In this document: one piece after another, positions 50,885-62,304 of the stretch | How the letters are laid out: each line of letters opens with the position of its first letter | Numbering within the stretch: position 1 is the first letter of the stretch | Assembly: GCF_006345805.1 (NCBI RefSeq) | Contig: NC_043011.1 | Coordinates: 20,348,464 to 20,412,463, forward strand | DNA: 64,000 bases | Direction: 5' to 3' | DNA from: Octopus sinensis | Lineage: Eukaryota | Notes under the pieces: model-generated | What the model was told of the DNA's origin: nothing | Seen by the model: the letters and a program-made list of their open reading frames with translations, nothing else | Database searches by the model: none | Program-made: the position numbers and the translations under genes

Positions 50885-51550
50885 GAACCTTCAGAACAGA
50901 GACCAGGAAACCATGGTCCTCTGGAGGACACTTGATCTAAGCCACTTTGACTATTGCTCTCAGCTATGGTCACCATCCAGTGTCAAGTTAATCACAGAAC
51001 TTGAGGCGATCCAACGAAGCTACACGAAGAAGATAGCCTCTGTGCAGCATATAAGCTATTGGAAGACTCAAGAGATAGAGATCTATTCCTTAGAGCGCAG
51101 GCGAGAAGAAAATATGCCATAATATACATCTGGAAGATCCTAGAAGGACTTGTCCCAAACTTTGACATCGAGAGTTACACAAATGCCAGAACTGGGCGCC
51201 ACTGCATAGTGCCAAGGACTCCAAATTTGCCATCAAGATGTAGGACAAGATACTATGATAGCCTGGGCTTCCGAAGCCCACAGCTCTTCAATATCCTCCC
51301 GAAGAACCTAAGAGACCTGCATGAGGTGGATGCAGATGTCTTTAAAATGAAACTGGATCTCTTCTTGTCAGGTGTCTCAGATGAACCAACTTCACAGCAA
51401 GAGGTGCAGATGAGGGCAACTGCATCGAACTCTCTCATGCACCAGATGGCAATTGCTAAAAAAGCATTCGTGAAGTAAAATCATGTAGCAACACCAAATG
51501 GCGGTGCCCCAGCATGGCCACAGCTTGTGAGCTGAAACTAAATAAATAAA
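50885..51550 (+). mobile_element. 5'-truncated CR1-clade LINE 3' end (ORF2 C-terminus, 3' UTR, (AAAT)n tail)
   Basis: LSHFDYCSQLWSPSSVKLITELEAIQRSYTKKI..SLERRR..YIWKILEGLVPN..PQLFNILPKNLRDL..FKMKLDLFL..DEP; tail GGCGGTGCCCCAGCATGGCCACAG..CTGAAACTAAATAAATAAA. Confidence 0.88.
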
Positions 51551-51716
51551 TTTAAAAAATAAATAAATAAATAAATATATATATATGTATATATATAAAT
51601 AGATATATAATATGTATATATTAAATACATATATATATATAAAAAAAATATATATGTAAATATATATATATATGTAAAATATAATATACATATATATATT
51701 TATATATATATACACA

Positions 51717-51791
<75 letters not shown>

Positions 51792-51794
51792 CAT

Positions 51795-52265
51795 ACGTAT
51801 TATATTCAGTTGAATTAGGTACTTAAGTTGAAGTACCAAGTCATTCCGGTGTTATCCGCACAGCTCGAAGTAAGGTGAATAAAATCAAAATAAGTAACAG
51901 GATGAAAAGTAGTAATACAGTTCGACCGTAACACAATATGCTATTGTCATTTATCTTATAATCCTGCTTCCGATTCCTTAGATAGTGTGTATATTTTTCC
52001 AGATAACTTCCATATGTAAGTTGTTTGAGTGGTCTTTATGGTGACCGCCTAATAATTAATTGTGTAAATATGAGGCATTAAGTGGATTCTACAAAATAGT
52101 AATCTTCTTTATAATGTTTAAATGGATTTATATATCCCCCTTAGCTAACCCGGTAATGATAGCGGTGTATTTAAATAGATGTAATGATTACATTGTTCAT
52201 TATGGATCCGCTTGGAACGGTAATACAGCATTACTAATTGACATCCTGTTACTTATTTGATTTCA
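51795..52265. mobile_element. Unclassified element between (AT)n runs with a short inverted duplication
   Basis: AATCAAAATAAGTAACAGGATG (~51883-51902) versus CATCCTGTTACTTATTTGATT (~52242-52262); both ends abut (AT)n. Confidence 0.45.
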
Positions 52266-52373
52266 TATATATGTATATATATATATATATAATATATATA
52301 TATATTAAATATATATATAATATATATTATATATATATATATATATATTGTATGTATATGATATATTTATATA

Positions 52374-52412
<39 letters not shown>

Positions 52413-52504
52413 ATATATATATGTATGTATATGTATATTTTATATATAATATATATATATATAATATATATATCTATAACTAAATTTATATTTTAGTATA
52501 TATA

Positions 52505-52960
52505 TACTAAATCTTTACATGCTAGGTTACTGGTAATGGAATTTCTAATATTTCTGATTACCCTTTGATATTATTAATTATTGATAATTTTTTCTGGATA
52601 ATTAAAAAGCCGAATTGAAAAAGCCGGCATTTTTTATTTCCTGCCGACAAGCAGCTGCGCTTGCGCGGTAGATTTGAAAAATTAGAATGTATAAGCACGG
52701 GCCATATACTGGATTGCCTCGTGTATATATATATTTAATCTAGGGTGTACCTGCTGAAGAAGACTTCGCCTAGCAATTTATTTTATTTGCTAAAATTAAA
52801 GTTTGAAACCATTGGTCCAGGAGTTAGATGGTAAATGTTTTTATTTTTCATTCCCTTCGAAATGTTATCCCTATTAGTTGTTTGGAATTTAACTGTTCTC
52901 TCTAGCGTGCAAGGAATCCTATGATGAAGCTTCTTATGTGTTTAAATGTACACTGTATTT
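52505..52960 (+). mobile_element. (AT)n-embedded element carrying a canonical hammerhead ribozyme (Penelope-like pseudo-LTR candidate)
   Basis: Unique sequence flanked by (AT)n on both sides; contains the hammerhead at 52750-52821. Confidence 0.65.
52750..52821 (+). ncRNA. Type-I hammerhead ribozyme, canonical core, GUC cleavage triplet at 52815-52817
   Basis: CCTG-CTGAAGA-AGACTT..(TAGCAA/TTGCTA hairpin)..AAGTTT-GAA-ACCATTGGT-C-CAGG. Helix I 4 bp, helix II 6 bp plus apical hairpin, helix III ACC/GGT with near-palindromic ACCA-T-TGGT. Confidence 0.85.
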
Positions 52961-52978
52961 ATATATATATATATATAT

Positions 52979-53244
52979 ACAATTGCAGCGTGGAAGGTGT
53001 TTATAAGCCATTTAAGAAACACACAAAAACCGTTAGATTCACTTCAACATTTAATTTAATTTGTCAAAATATTTTCGTCGCTTTGAGACCGTGACCTGTT
53101 CACTGAAAAAACTTCGTGCTGACAAATTAAATTAAATGTTGAAGTGAATCTAACGGTTTTTGTGTGTTTCTTAAATGGCTTATAAACACCTTCCACGCTG
53201 CAGTTGTTTTCGTTCTAGCACACGATCTCAGATCAAGTCACTCG

Positions 53245-53246
<2 letters not shown>
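52979..53246. mobile_element. Fold-back element in (AT)n with 88-bp arms (52979-53066 / 53120-53207)
   Basis: Arms are reverse complements with one mismatch; a minus-strand hammerhead overlaps the spacer and left arm. Confidence 0.88.
53060..53110 (-). ncRNA. Minimal type-I hammerhead, G3-C8 core variant with an extra nucleotide after A9
   Basis: Minus strand TTTTTCA-GTGAACA-G-GTCAC(GGTCTCAAA)GCGAC-GAA-AATATT-T-TGACAAA; one mismatch each in helices I and II. Confidence 0.6.
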
Positions 53247-53279
<33 letters not shown>

Positions 53280-54063
53280 CCTAGAGCCACGCTAATAGCT
53301 TAGGAGTGAAATTTAGGATTTCTCGGTTTTCTGGGAATCGATTTTGATAAAACTTTTCCCTGCTGGTTTGCACACTATGGCAACACTATTGTTATGTTTT
53401 CATTATTCTGTGTAACGTCCTTTCTTATTTATTTCAGATTCTTCAGTTTTTGGATGAACCATGCTAATCGCTCATGAATGAAAATAGCCCATCTAGACAT
53501 TTTTTTCGGAAAATGAAAGTTGATGATACATATTAAACATACATTGAGTATATACTTAACTGAAAACCATAATGATATTATAACATTTATTGACACAATT
53601 AATTATTTAGCCACATGTGTACCTTTTCGACGAATAACTTTAAAAACCCTATTAGTCATGGGATCTGTCAATTTCTTAATAGCAGCAGGTTGGACTGCCT
53701 CTGCTACAGTTTTGATGGTCGCCCATAAGACATCTTTCGGAGTAAAATGGCGTCCATCGGCATAAATATCTTGTTTAAGGATGGACCACAGATTTTCAAT
53801 GGGGTTGAGATTCAGAGATGCTGGCAGCCACTCCATCAACCTTTCACTTTGTATGCCGTAAGACCCTAGTAATGTTTGGGTGGTCCTAACAGAGTGGGAG
53901 GGAGCGTTGTCATGCATGAATACGAGATTCCTTAGAAGTGACAGCGGTATGCCATCTAGCCTGGGATCCAAGACCTCCTACAAGAGATTACGGTAGGCGG
54001 CTGCGATCAGTTTAACCCTTTCAGGGTCCTGACTGGGCCAACAAGACTGTCCCCAATGATACC

Positions 54064-54282
54064 TATTTCTTTACTACCCACAAGGGGCTAAACACAGAGG
54101 GGACAAACAAGGACAGACAAACGGATTATGGATACACACACACACACACGTAACTGGTACTTAATTTATCGACCCCGAAAGGATGAAAGGCAAAGTCGAC
54201 CTCGGCGGAATTTGAACTCAGAACGTAAAGACAGACGAAATACGGCTACGCATTTCGCCCGGCGTGCTAACGTTTCTGCCAG
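54064..54282 (-). mobile_element. SINE family B inserted in the Tc1 ORF
   Basis: TSD CTGTCCCCAATGATACC at 54047-54063 and 54283-54299. Confidence 0.9.
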
Positions 54283-54887
54283 CTGTCCCCAATGATACCA
54301 GCCCACAACATGACTCCTCCACCTTGTTGTTGACGTCGTAAACGTTGGTGACGCTCATCTCCAAAATAGATCCAATCATTTTCCCAACCGTCAGGTCCGT
54401 CAAGAGTCGCTCTGGTTTCGACAGTGATCAGAACACAACTCGTGTCTAACGTTATCTACCTTTGGGTCCATTGAAGCCTCAAAATCCTATGACAGAGCAT
54501 TAAAGAAGGCAGTTTCGGGGGTTTCTCGCACGGAAGCCATGGTCCCGAGGATGCGATCTCTGGTGGTTTTCGGTACATGAAGAAGTCCGGAGGCGGTGAA
54601 AATGACTGTTTGTTTGTCCAGGTTTCCCACGTAACTTACAGCTAAAACTCCTTCAATACCTAGCTGTCGCAGTCTTGGCGGTACCACAATCGTATCGTTT
54701 TTTCCTTGGCGAAGGAATCGTATAACCATGTCCACATGACGACCAAACTCCACAATTTTCTTGAGGATGACAGACTTTTCTTCATCGTTAAGGCCTTTTC
54801 CACGTCCCAGTGTTCTTAGAAAGGAGAGGCGCTATTAGCGTGCTTCACCCAAAAACTGAAGAATCTGAAATAAAAAAGAAAGGATGT

Positions 54888-55053
54888 AGGCGCAGGAGTG
54901 GCTGTGTGGTAAGTAGCTTGCTAACCAACCACATGGTTCCGGGTTCAGTCCCACTGCATGGCATCTTGGGCAAGTGTCTTCTGCTATAGCCCCGGACCGA
55001 CCAATGCCTTGTGAGTGGATTTGGTAGACAGAAACTGAAAGAAGCCTGTCGTA

Positions 55054-55094
<41 letters not shown>

Positions 55095-55551
55095 TAAGCA
55101 ATAAAGGGTTTAGCAACGAATTGCATTACCACAGACCGAATTTAGAAATAGCAGTCAAAGAGTTATAGCTATTTCCTCTACTAAAAAGGGAGATCTCAGT
55201 AAAACCATGCTAATCGCTCATGAATGAAAATAGCCCATCTAGACATTTTTTTCGGAAAATGAAAGTTGATGATACATATTAAACATACATTGAGTATATA
55301 CTTAACTGAAAACCATAATGATATTATAACATTTATTGCTGTGTTTTTTACTGAGATCTCCCTTTTTAGTAGAGGAAATAGCTATAACTCTTTGACTGCT
55401 ATTTCTAAATTCGGTCTGTGGTAATGCAATTCGTTGCTAAACCCTTTATTGCTTAGTATTACTTAAATTTTCCTCGAACGAGGCTTTTACATGCCGAAGA
55501 CTACTTGATGTAATTGATAATTATTCCAAATTAATTAATTTCACCCTTCAT

Positions 55552-55590
<39 letters not shown>

Positions 55591-55804
55591 TTGTGTGTCT
55601 GTGTTTGTCCCCCCAGCATTGCTTGACAACCGATGCTGGTGTGTTTACGTCCCCGTCACTTAGCGGTTCGGCAAAAGAGACCGATAGAATAAGAACTGGG
55701 CTTACAAAGAATAAGTCCCGGGGTCGATTTGCTCGACTAAAGGCAGTGCTCCAGCATGGCCACAGTCAAAGGACTGAAACAAGTAAAAGAGTAAAGAGTA
55801 AAAG
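54888..55804 (+). mobile_element. SINE family A inserted in the right Tc1 TIR, itself split at its internal (AT)n
   Basis: Head 54888-55055; tail 55570-55804. Confidence 0.88.
55091..55550. mobile_element. Fold-back insertion with 114-bp perfect arms (55091-55204 / 55346-55459) and a captured spacer
   Basis: Arms are exact reverse complements; 55203-55338 is identical to 53457-53592; the tail ..AATTATTCCAAATTAATTAATTTCACCCT recurs at ~58500-58548. Confidence 0.88.
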
Positions 55805-55943
55805 AGATGTCACACATAGTAATGAAAACATAACAATGGTGTTGCCATAGTGTGCAAACCAGTTGGGAAAAGCTTTATCCAAATCGAGACACAGAAAACC
55901 GAGAAATCCTAAATTTCACTCCTAAGCTATTAATGTGGTTCTG

Positions 55944-55988
<45 letters not shown>

Positions 55989-56068
55989 CCATATACGTAC
56001 ACATATATGCACGCATACACACATTCACACATACATCCATATTTCTATACAAGCATGCATACGTACGC

Positions 56069-56100
<32 letters not shown>

Positions 56101-56311
56101 GCATACATATATGAACACACAAATTCATACAATCATGCATATATACATACATACATACATATATATACATACATGCATGCATGCATACATACATACATAC
56201 ACACACACATACATACATACATACATACATACATACATACATACATACATACATACATACATGCATGCATGCATGCATACATACATACATGCATGCATAC
56301 ATACGTGTACA

Positions 56312-56596
56312 TTTGTGGAAATCAGCTGCCCAGCGGATGTTAACATGAAACTAAAGATCAGCAAAAAATACACTGAACTATTGGGAAATCTGTAGTAACT
56401 CTATCCAGATTACAAGTTCAGGTTTATAACTGTAATTACTGAGGCGCTGGGGTATGTAATACACTGCCTAAATAACAATCTTGAGGAATTAGGCTTCTCT
56501 AAACCAGAAAGGAGAAAGCCGATTCGAAGGCTACAGAACCAAGCCATCACTGGAACTGTAAAAATCTGTAAAACTTTTCAGAAGTTTATCATTTAA
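56312..56596 (+). pseudogene. R4/Dong-like LINE C-terminal restriction-like endonuclease fragment after (CATA)n
   Basis: VEISCPADVNMKLKISKKY..LYPDYKFRFITVITEALGYV..LEELGFSK..RLQNQAITGTVKICKTF resembles the D..E.K.EK..KY..VPVIIGALG..L..GT..I pattern. Confidence 0.6.
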
Positions 56597-56775
56597 GTAT
56601 GCATGTACACGTCTAGACATGGAACTATTGTACGCATGAGAATACATGCATAAAAGAAAACATACAAATATGCACATGCGCTGACTTCAGTTACTGCTCA
56701 GGTACACATACGAGCAAAATTACCTTGTTGATGTTTTTGAAATGCCAATGAAATGTCAATGTGTGTGTGTGTATG

Positions 56776-56807
<32 letters not shown>

Positions 56808-57479
56808 CTGTGTGTGTCTGTATGTGTGTAGTTTAATAATGCCATAATGTGACAAATAATAAAGTTGATTGGATTGTTTACTCAAATTTCGAGTGGGACA
56901 AACAAGCTGGAGGCAAACAAAGCCAATTCTTCGCCAACAGAAAAAGATGTAACGATGCAACCGATTCTTGGAAAAGTATATTCTAAAAATCATTTTACTC
57001 AGAAATTTGGGATCGGTTTCATTGTTTACGATCGGTAATTCAACCAGGCACGATGATTCTCTAGCAAACTTCGAGACGGAGTTTGTTTTTGTGACAACAA
57101 GCAGAAGTTTTGCTCCAAAACAGGATGCTTATAATAAGGTTTTCCGAGAAAACCGAACTGATTACATCTTAAAATGTATCGGTTTACGTATGACTTCATG
57201 ATTATTGCCCAGCTGCCGCTTAAAAATTTTACATGTGTGTGAAGAGTTGTATGTATACATGTACGTATGTAATTATGCATTTAGTTATCTACGTATATAT
57301 GTATGCTGTTGCTTAAAACATTTACTAACATAACTGGGCCCCAAAATAATTATTACTATAATTGTATATAATTGATATTTATGATTTGTGTGATGGGCGG
57401 AATGCATTCATGTATGCATGTATGTATGTATGCATTTATGTATGAATGCATTTATATATGAATGCATTTATGTATGTAT

Positions 57480-58050
57480 GCATGTATATATGTATTCATG
57501 TATGTCACGTGCATATACGTATATATGTATGTATGCATGTATGTATATATATGTATGTATGCATTTATGAATATATGTATTCATGTATGTCACGTGCATA
57601 TACGTATATATGTATGTATGCATGTATGTATATATATGTATGTATGCATTTATGATATATGTATTCATGTATGTCACGTGCATATACGTATATATGTATG
57701 TATGCATGTATGTATATATATGTATGTATGCATTTATGAATATATGTATTCATGTATGTCACGTGCATATACGTATATATGTATGTATGCATGTATGTAT
57801 ATATATGTATGTATGCATTTATGAATATATGTATTCATGTATGTCACGTGCATATACGTATATATGTATGTATGCATGTATGTATATATATGTATGTATG
57901 CATTTATGAATATATGTATTCATGTATGTCACGTGCATATACGTATATATGTATGTATGCATGTATGTATATATGTATGTATGCATTTATGAATATATGT
58001 ATTCATGTATGTCACGTGCATATACGTATATATGTATGTATGCATTTATG
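57480..58050. repeat. ~85-bp minisatellite (7 units) built from TATG-type microsatellite
   Basis: GTCACGTG recurs at 57504, 57589, 57673, 57758, 57843, 57928 and 58011. Confidence 0.92.
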
Positions 58051-58255
58051 AATATATGTATGCATGTATGCATTTATGTATGCATGTATGTATGTATGTA
58101 CGCATGTATGTGAATGCATGCATGTATTTATGTATGCATTTATGTATATATGCTTTTCAGGGGTTTATTTTCTAAGTATTTTATTTTCTGTCGCTAACAA
58201 CGAGTGGAGCCCCTTTTGTTTAACTCAAGAGACTGCTTGGATCTTGTGTTTACCT

Positions 58256-58455
58256 GAATTACGACGACGAGGGTTCCAGCTGATCCGACCAACGCAACAG
58301 CCAGTTCTTCAAATTAACGTGCATGTGGCTGAGCGCTCCACAGATGCGTGCACCCTTAACGTAGTTCTCAGGGAGATTCAACGTGACACTGAATGTACCA
58401 AGGCTGGCCCTTTGAAATACAGGTACAACGTATTGTTTTGCCAGCTGAGTGGACT
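58256..58455 (-). mobile_element. SINE family C, 3' part
   Basis: Homology to 36607-36923. Confidence 0.8.
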
Positions 58456-58556
58456 GCTGGCAGTCCACTCTACTACTTGGTGTAATTAATAATAATTAAT
58501 CTACTTGGTGTAATCAATAATTATTCCAAATTAATTAATTTCACCCTATATTGTTA

Positions 58557-58668
<112 letters not shown>

Positions 58669-58689
58669 ATATATATATAGGTATAAATA

Positions 58690-58759
<70 letters not shown>

Positions 58760-58769
58760 TTAATCATTA

Positions 58770-59170
58770 ACTAGTGGGCTTTTCATCCATATTCTTTTTT
58801 CTTTTTCATAATGGTAAATTTTCCATCGAGACCACATCTAGATCACTTGGGTTTTTTTCTAGTTGTGCTTTCAGGTAATGAGTTGATAGATATTGGTATA
58901 TTTTTCATAGAGAAGTTTACTGGGTGCTGCAGCAGTTTGGGTAAGATAATCAAAGTTTGTACACTTTGGAGTGAGGGAAATCTGTTGGTCAAGCTTTATA
59001 GATGGCAGTATTAAGAGTGGCAATTTCTGGATTTCAGAAACCAAGGTGTGCTTGATCTCCGGCGTTTGGAGGGCATAGTTTCAGAATCCTTTGTTATTAG
59101 AGTGGATAAATTTCCATTTTTTAGTAAAACCTACACACCATTTATTTTTCGTTAGAGAGGATAGTGCTGC
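58770..59170 (-). pseudogene. Possible decayed Penelope-like ORF fragment next to (AT)n
   Basis: Minus frame RFPSL..VNFSMKNIPISIN..RCGLDGKF loosely resembles the PLE linker FP..VSYSCMKN..CPLDGKC. Confidence 0.3.
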
Positions 59171-59334
59171 CTAATTGATTGTTAAAAAGTAAAGATCCCG
59201 ATTTGTCAAGAAGGGCCATGGGATTGCATCTAGAAAGTTACCCTCCAAGGCCCAAGTCCGGGCAAGGTTGTTTATGGAAGATTGGCAGTCGCCTATGCAT
59301 ACCAGCCTTGCTCCTCTCCACGTCAGAAGAGAAA

Positions 59335-59790
59335 GGCAATGGCCGATACAGCTTGACACTAGTGACGTTGCAACTCATTTCTACAGTTGAGTGAACTGGA
59401 GCAATGTGAAATAGAACACGACACAGCCCGGTCCGAAACTCATGATTGTGAGCCTGACTCTCTAACCACTGAGCCATGCTGCACCCTGTTCAGCGATGTC
59501 AGGAAAAACCCTGAAAGAACAGTAGCTGACTGTTTTTATATTTTGGAAGGGGTTTTTTGCGCCTTTTTCAAGCCTAGCCAGTCTCCAATCCATCGCAGCG
59601 TTACTCCAGAAGAGTGAGAGAAAGTTGGGGCGAAAGAGTACAACAGGGGTCTCCACCACCCACTGCCGGAGCCTCGTAGAGCTTTAGGTGTTTTCGCTCA
59701 ATAAACACACAACGCCCGGTCTGGGAATCGAAACTGCAATCCTCCGACTGCAAGTCCGCTGCCCTAACCACTGGGCCAATGCGCCTCCAC
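59335..59790 (-). mobile_element. Decayed SINE C (59335-59485) and SINE D (59600-59790)
   Basis: Homology to other copies in the window. Confidence 0.7.
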
Positions 59791-60453
59791 ATTTTGGAAT
59801 GGTTTGCTAATATATATATTGAGCAACAAGTTGTCACTATTACATAAGAGTGCCTCAACCACTATCAACCACCATATCATATTTAGTTATGAAGACTCAG
59901 GGACAAAAGATGGTGTATACTTCCACATTTGGATGAAACTAAATCAGTATATTGTTTTTTATTTCAGTTTCATCCTTAACAACAAATTCTTTAAGTTTCT
60001 GTTTCTTCTAGTCCACTACTTTTCCAAGTTCAATTCATTAAGAATATCATTAATCCTACGCTTGCATTATTCCTATTAAACCACTTTTTTTTACAGGCAC
60101 CGATTTTTATAACTAAAAATTAATTCCTATTGACACAACGCTCTAAAAGTATAAAAGATAAAAGAAAATTGAATTATTTTCAAAAAGTTTAAAGTAAAAT
60201 CTGTAAATTGGCGAAAAGGAAAAATTATGTAAAAATGTCAGTGAGGAACCCGAGACGAAAGAGGAAATATTAATAAAGCAGCAATGATGTCAGTCAGAAA
60301 GCAGTACCGCAAAAATTAGTCTACCAGTTTGGGGCAAAATGGGCCTGATCACGTATACATTCTCGAAAAACACTTTGAGAAAAAGCAAGTTGCTATGGTG
60401 TTGGATAAGTTATTTTAAATGTTTCAAATGGTCTTAAATTGTTTTAATAAACA

Positions 60454-60976
60454 CTAGCAGCATAGCCCGGCATTGCCCGGGTATGTAAGAGCCCCTGGAG
60501 CAGACATGATGCTCGCTGTGAATTTTTAAAAAATTCCTGCCAATTTGTGAAAGATATTGTCGAAAATATGTCATCTTGAAATTGAACGCGATTTCCCAAA
60601 ATGGCATGATTTTATCGATTTTTTCTGATGGTAAGGTATTGCATGAAAAACTAACGTCAGAATTAAGTTTCTTATGGTAACATTAAGCTTCACCATGAGT
60701 TTGGTGAAAATCGATTGCAAGTTGCGAAAACTACAACAGAAAATGTATTGCAAATAAAAAGCTTAGATTCTCGACCCCATGTCGAATTTATTGATATTTT
60801 TCAGAACTGGGGGAACTTTTCAAAATTTTCGCTGCGTTAGTTTTGAATTATGACATTGGGCTATGTGTGTGTCAAGTTTCATCAGAATCGGTTGAAAGCC
60901 GTGGTCAGAGTGACGGTACAACCTGACAGACGCACAGACACACAGACAGACAAACTGCCGTTCATATAGAGAGAGA
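60454..60976 (-). mobile_element. Non-autonomous Helitron-type element
   Basis: Minus strand A|TCTCTCTCTATATGAA ... CCCGG-GCAATG-CCGGG hairpin ... CTAG|T. Confidence 0.8.
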
Positions 60977-61584
60977 TGACGATTTACAGCCCTCACCACC
61001 ACTACCACTACCTTTTTCAATCCGCACAATCCCGAGTGGGGTTCCGTTTGTTCTTATTGAAATTACTAGTATATTGTATGTTGGATTTGAATGGAATTAT
61101 AATTGAAAACTAAGAAACAATTCAAACGCTAAGTATCAGTTCCATGTGAAATTTCCCCAAAAATATTTTCAAAAAGTGAAACAGAAACTGGAGTGAAGTA
61201 AGTAGGGTTACTCGGAATTTTAAAAAGCTGTGTGGGGAACAAATTTGTAGAAACCATTGTTGGAGGCAAGATATTCTGAATAAATTTTTGAAAAGACAAA
61301 ATAGAAGGTGGAAATGCGTATTTGATATATCCGTCTCCAATTTCTTCCACTTTTCAACTTTTGCATATACCGGGATTTTCCGAAAGTCCGCCCAGGGCTG
61401 TTAAACGGAAAATTCTATATTATAAAACTATTTTTCGGCTTAAATAACCGCCCACCTATAATAAGCGCTCATGGGTGGTAATATGGAAGTAAAATATTTC
61501 ACCTAGGAAAAACAAAGGTATTCTCAAAAACCATATTTATTTTATACAATTCCATTGAACTTCTATCGTTTCAGTTATCAGATA

Positions 61585-61978
61585 TCTTTATATATAAAAG
61601 TGAAGTTGTGTGTCTGTCTCCTACGATTTAGATTCCTAACTACTCCCACATTTTGCGGTGCAGTGTAACCAGAAGCGGGTATCTTATAGTAGTGATTCAT
61701 ATCGAGCCCTTCTGGGTATTAGCGCGCGTCTACGATGAGTCTACGATTTAAAAAAATTTACCATCTTTTTTCCCATTTTTAATGCATTTTTGCTATTATA
61801 TAAGGGAAGTAACTCTCTAAAAATGTATTATTAAATCTCAGAACGTAAAAATCTACAGTAACACCCCCCCCCCTTTGTGGTTAGCCATATTGAGATGGCT
61901 ATTATACTTTACATCTCTAAAAATGCTTATATAGTTATTTCCCTTACAAACCCGAGCAACACCGGGCGATACTGCTAG
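61585..61978 (+). mobile_element. Non-autonomous Helitron-type element
   Basis: A|TCTTTATATATAAAAG start; CCCG-AGCAACAC-CGGG hairpin at 61951-61966; CTAG|T end. Confidence 0.85.
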
Positions 61979-62304
61979 TATAGACATAAAGAAACTGAAG
62001 CAGCCTTAAAAGAAGTAGCACATTAAAAAATATTCTGAAGTTAACAATGGTTCTATTAGGAAATTTTGAACATTAAATTATTGAAAACATGAATAGAAGC
62101 TTCGTATGAACAAATAATGTCCTTGGGTATTTATAATAGAATAATAACCGAATAGTTTCAAGTTAAATATCACGAATTTCTTCATTTGTTGCTTGGCCAT
62201 AATTCACATCAGAGCTAATTGCACTTACTTGTAATCTTATCTTCTTCAATTCTGTCATTATGTGCATCTGGTGCATTTACCTCAAGGCCAGACAAAATAT
62301 CCTG

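Larger units (their letters stand above)
53280..55943 (-). mobile_element. Tc1-like transposon of DD37E (TRT-like) type with ~190-bp TIRs, disrupted by nested insertions
   Basis: Left TIR 53280-53470; right TIR split into 54826-54887 and 55805-55943, ending GTGGTTCTG|TA. Transposase remnants GRGKGLNDEEK, TLDGP-like, GGGVMLWAGIIG and HDNAPSH-37 aa-E(NLW). Confidence 0.88.

Noticed and set aside
55346-55392. Hammerhead-like CTGAGA..GAAATAGCTATA in the fold-back arm
   Set aside because: The core lacks one position and helix I cannot be formed convincingly.
57480-58050. CRISPR-like repeat-spacer array
   Set aside because: Units are wholly repeated with no unique spacers; eukaryotic context.
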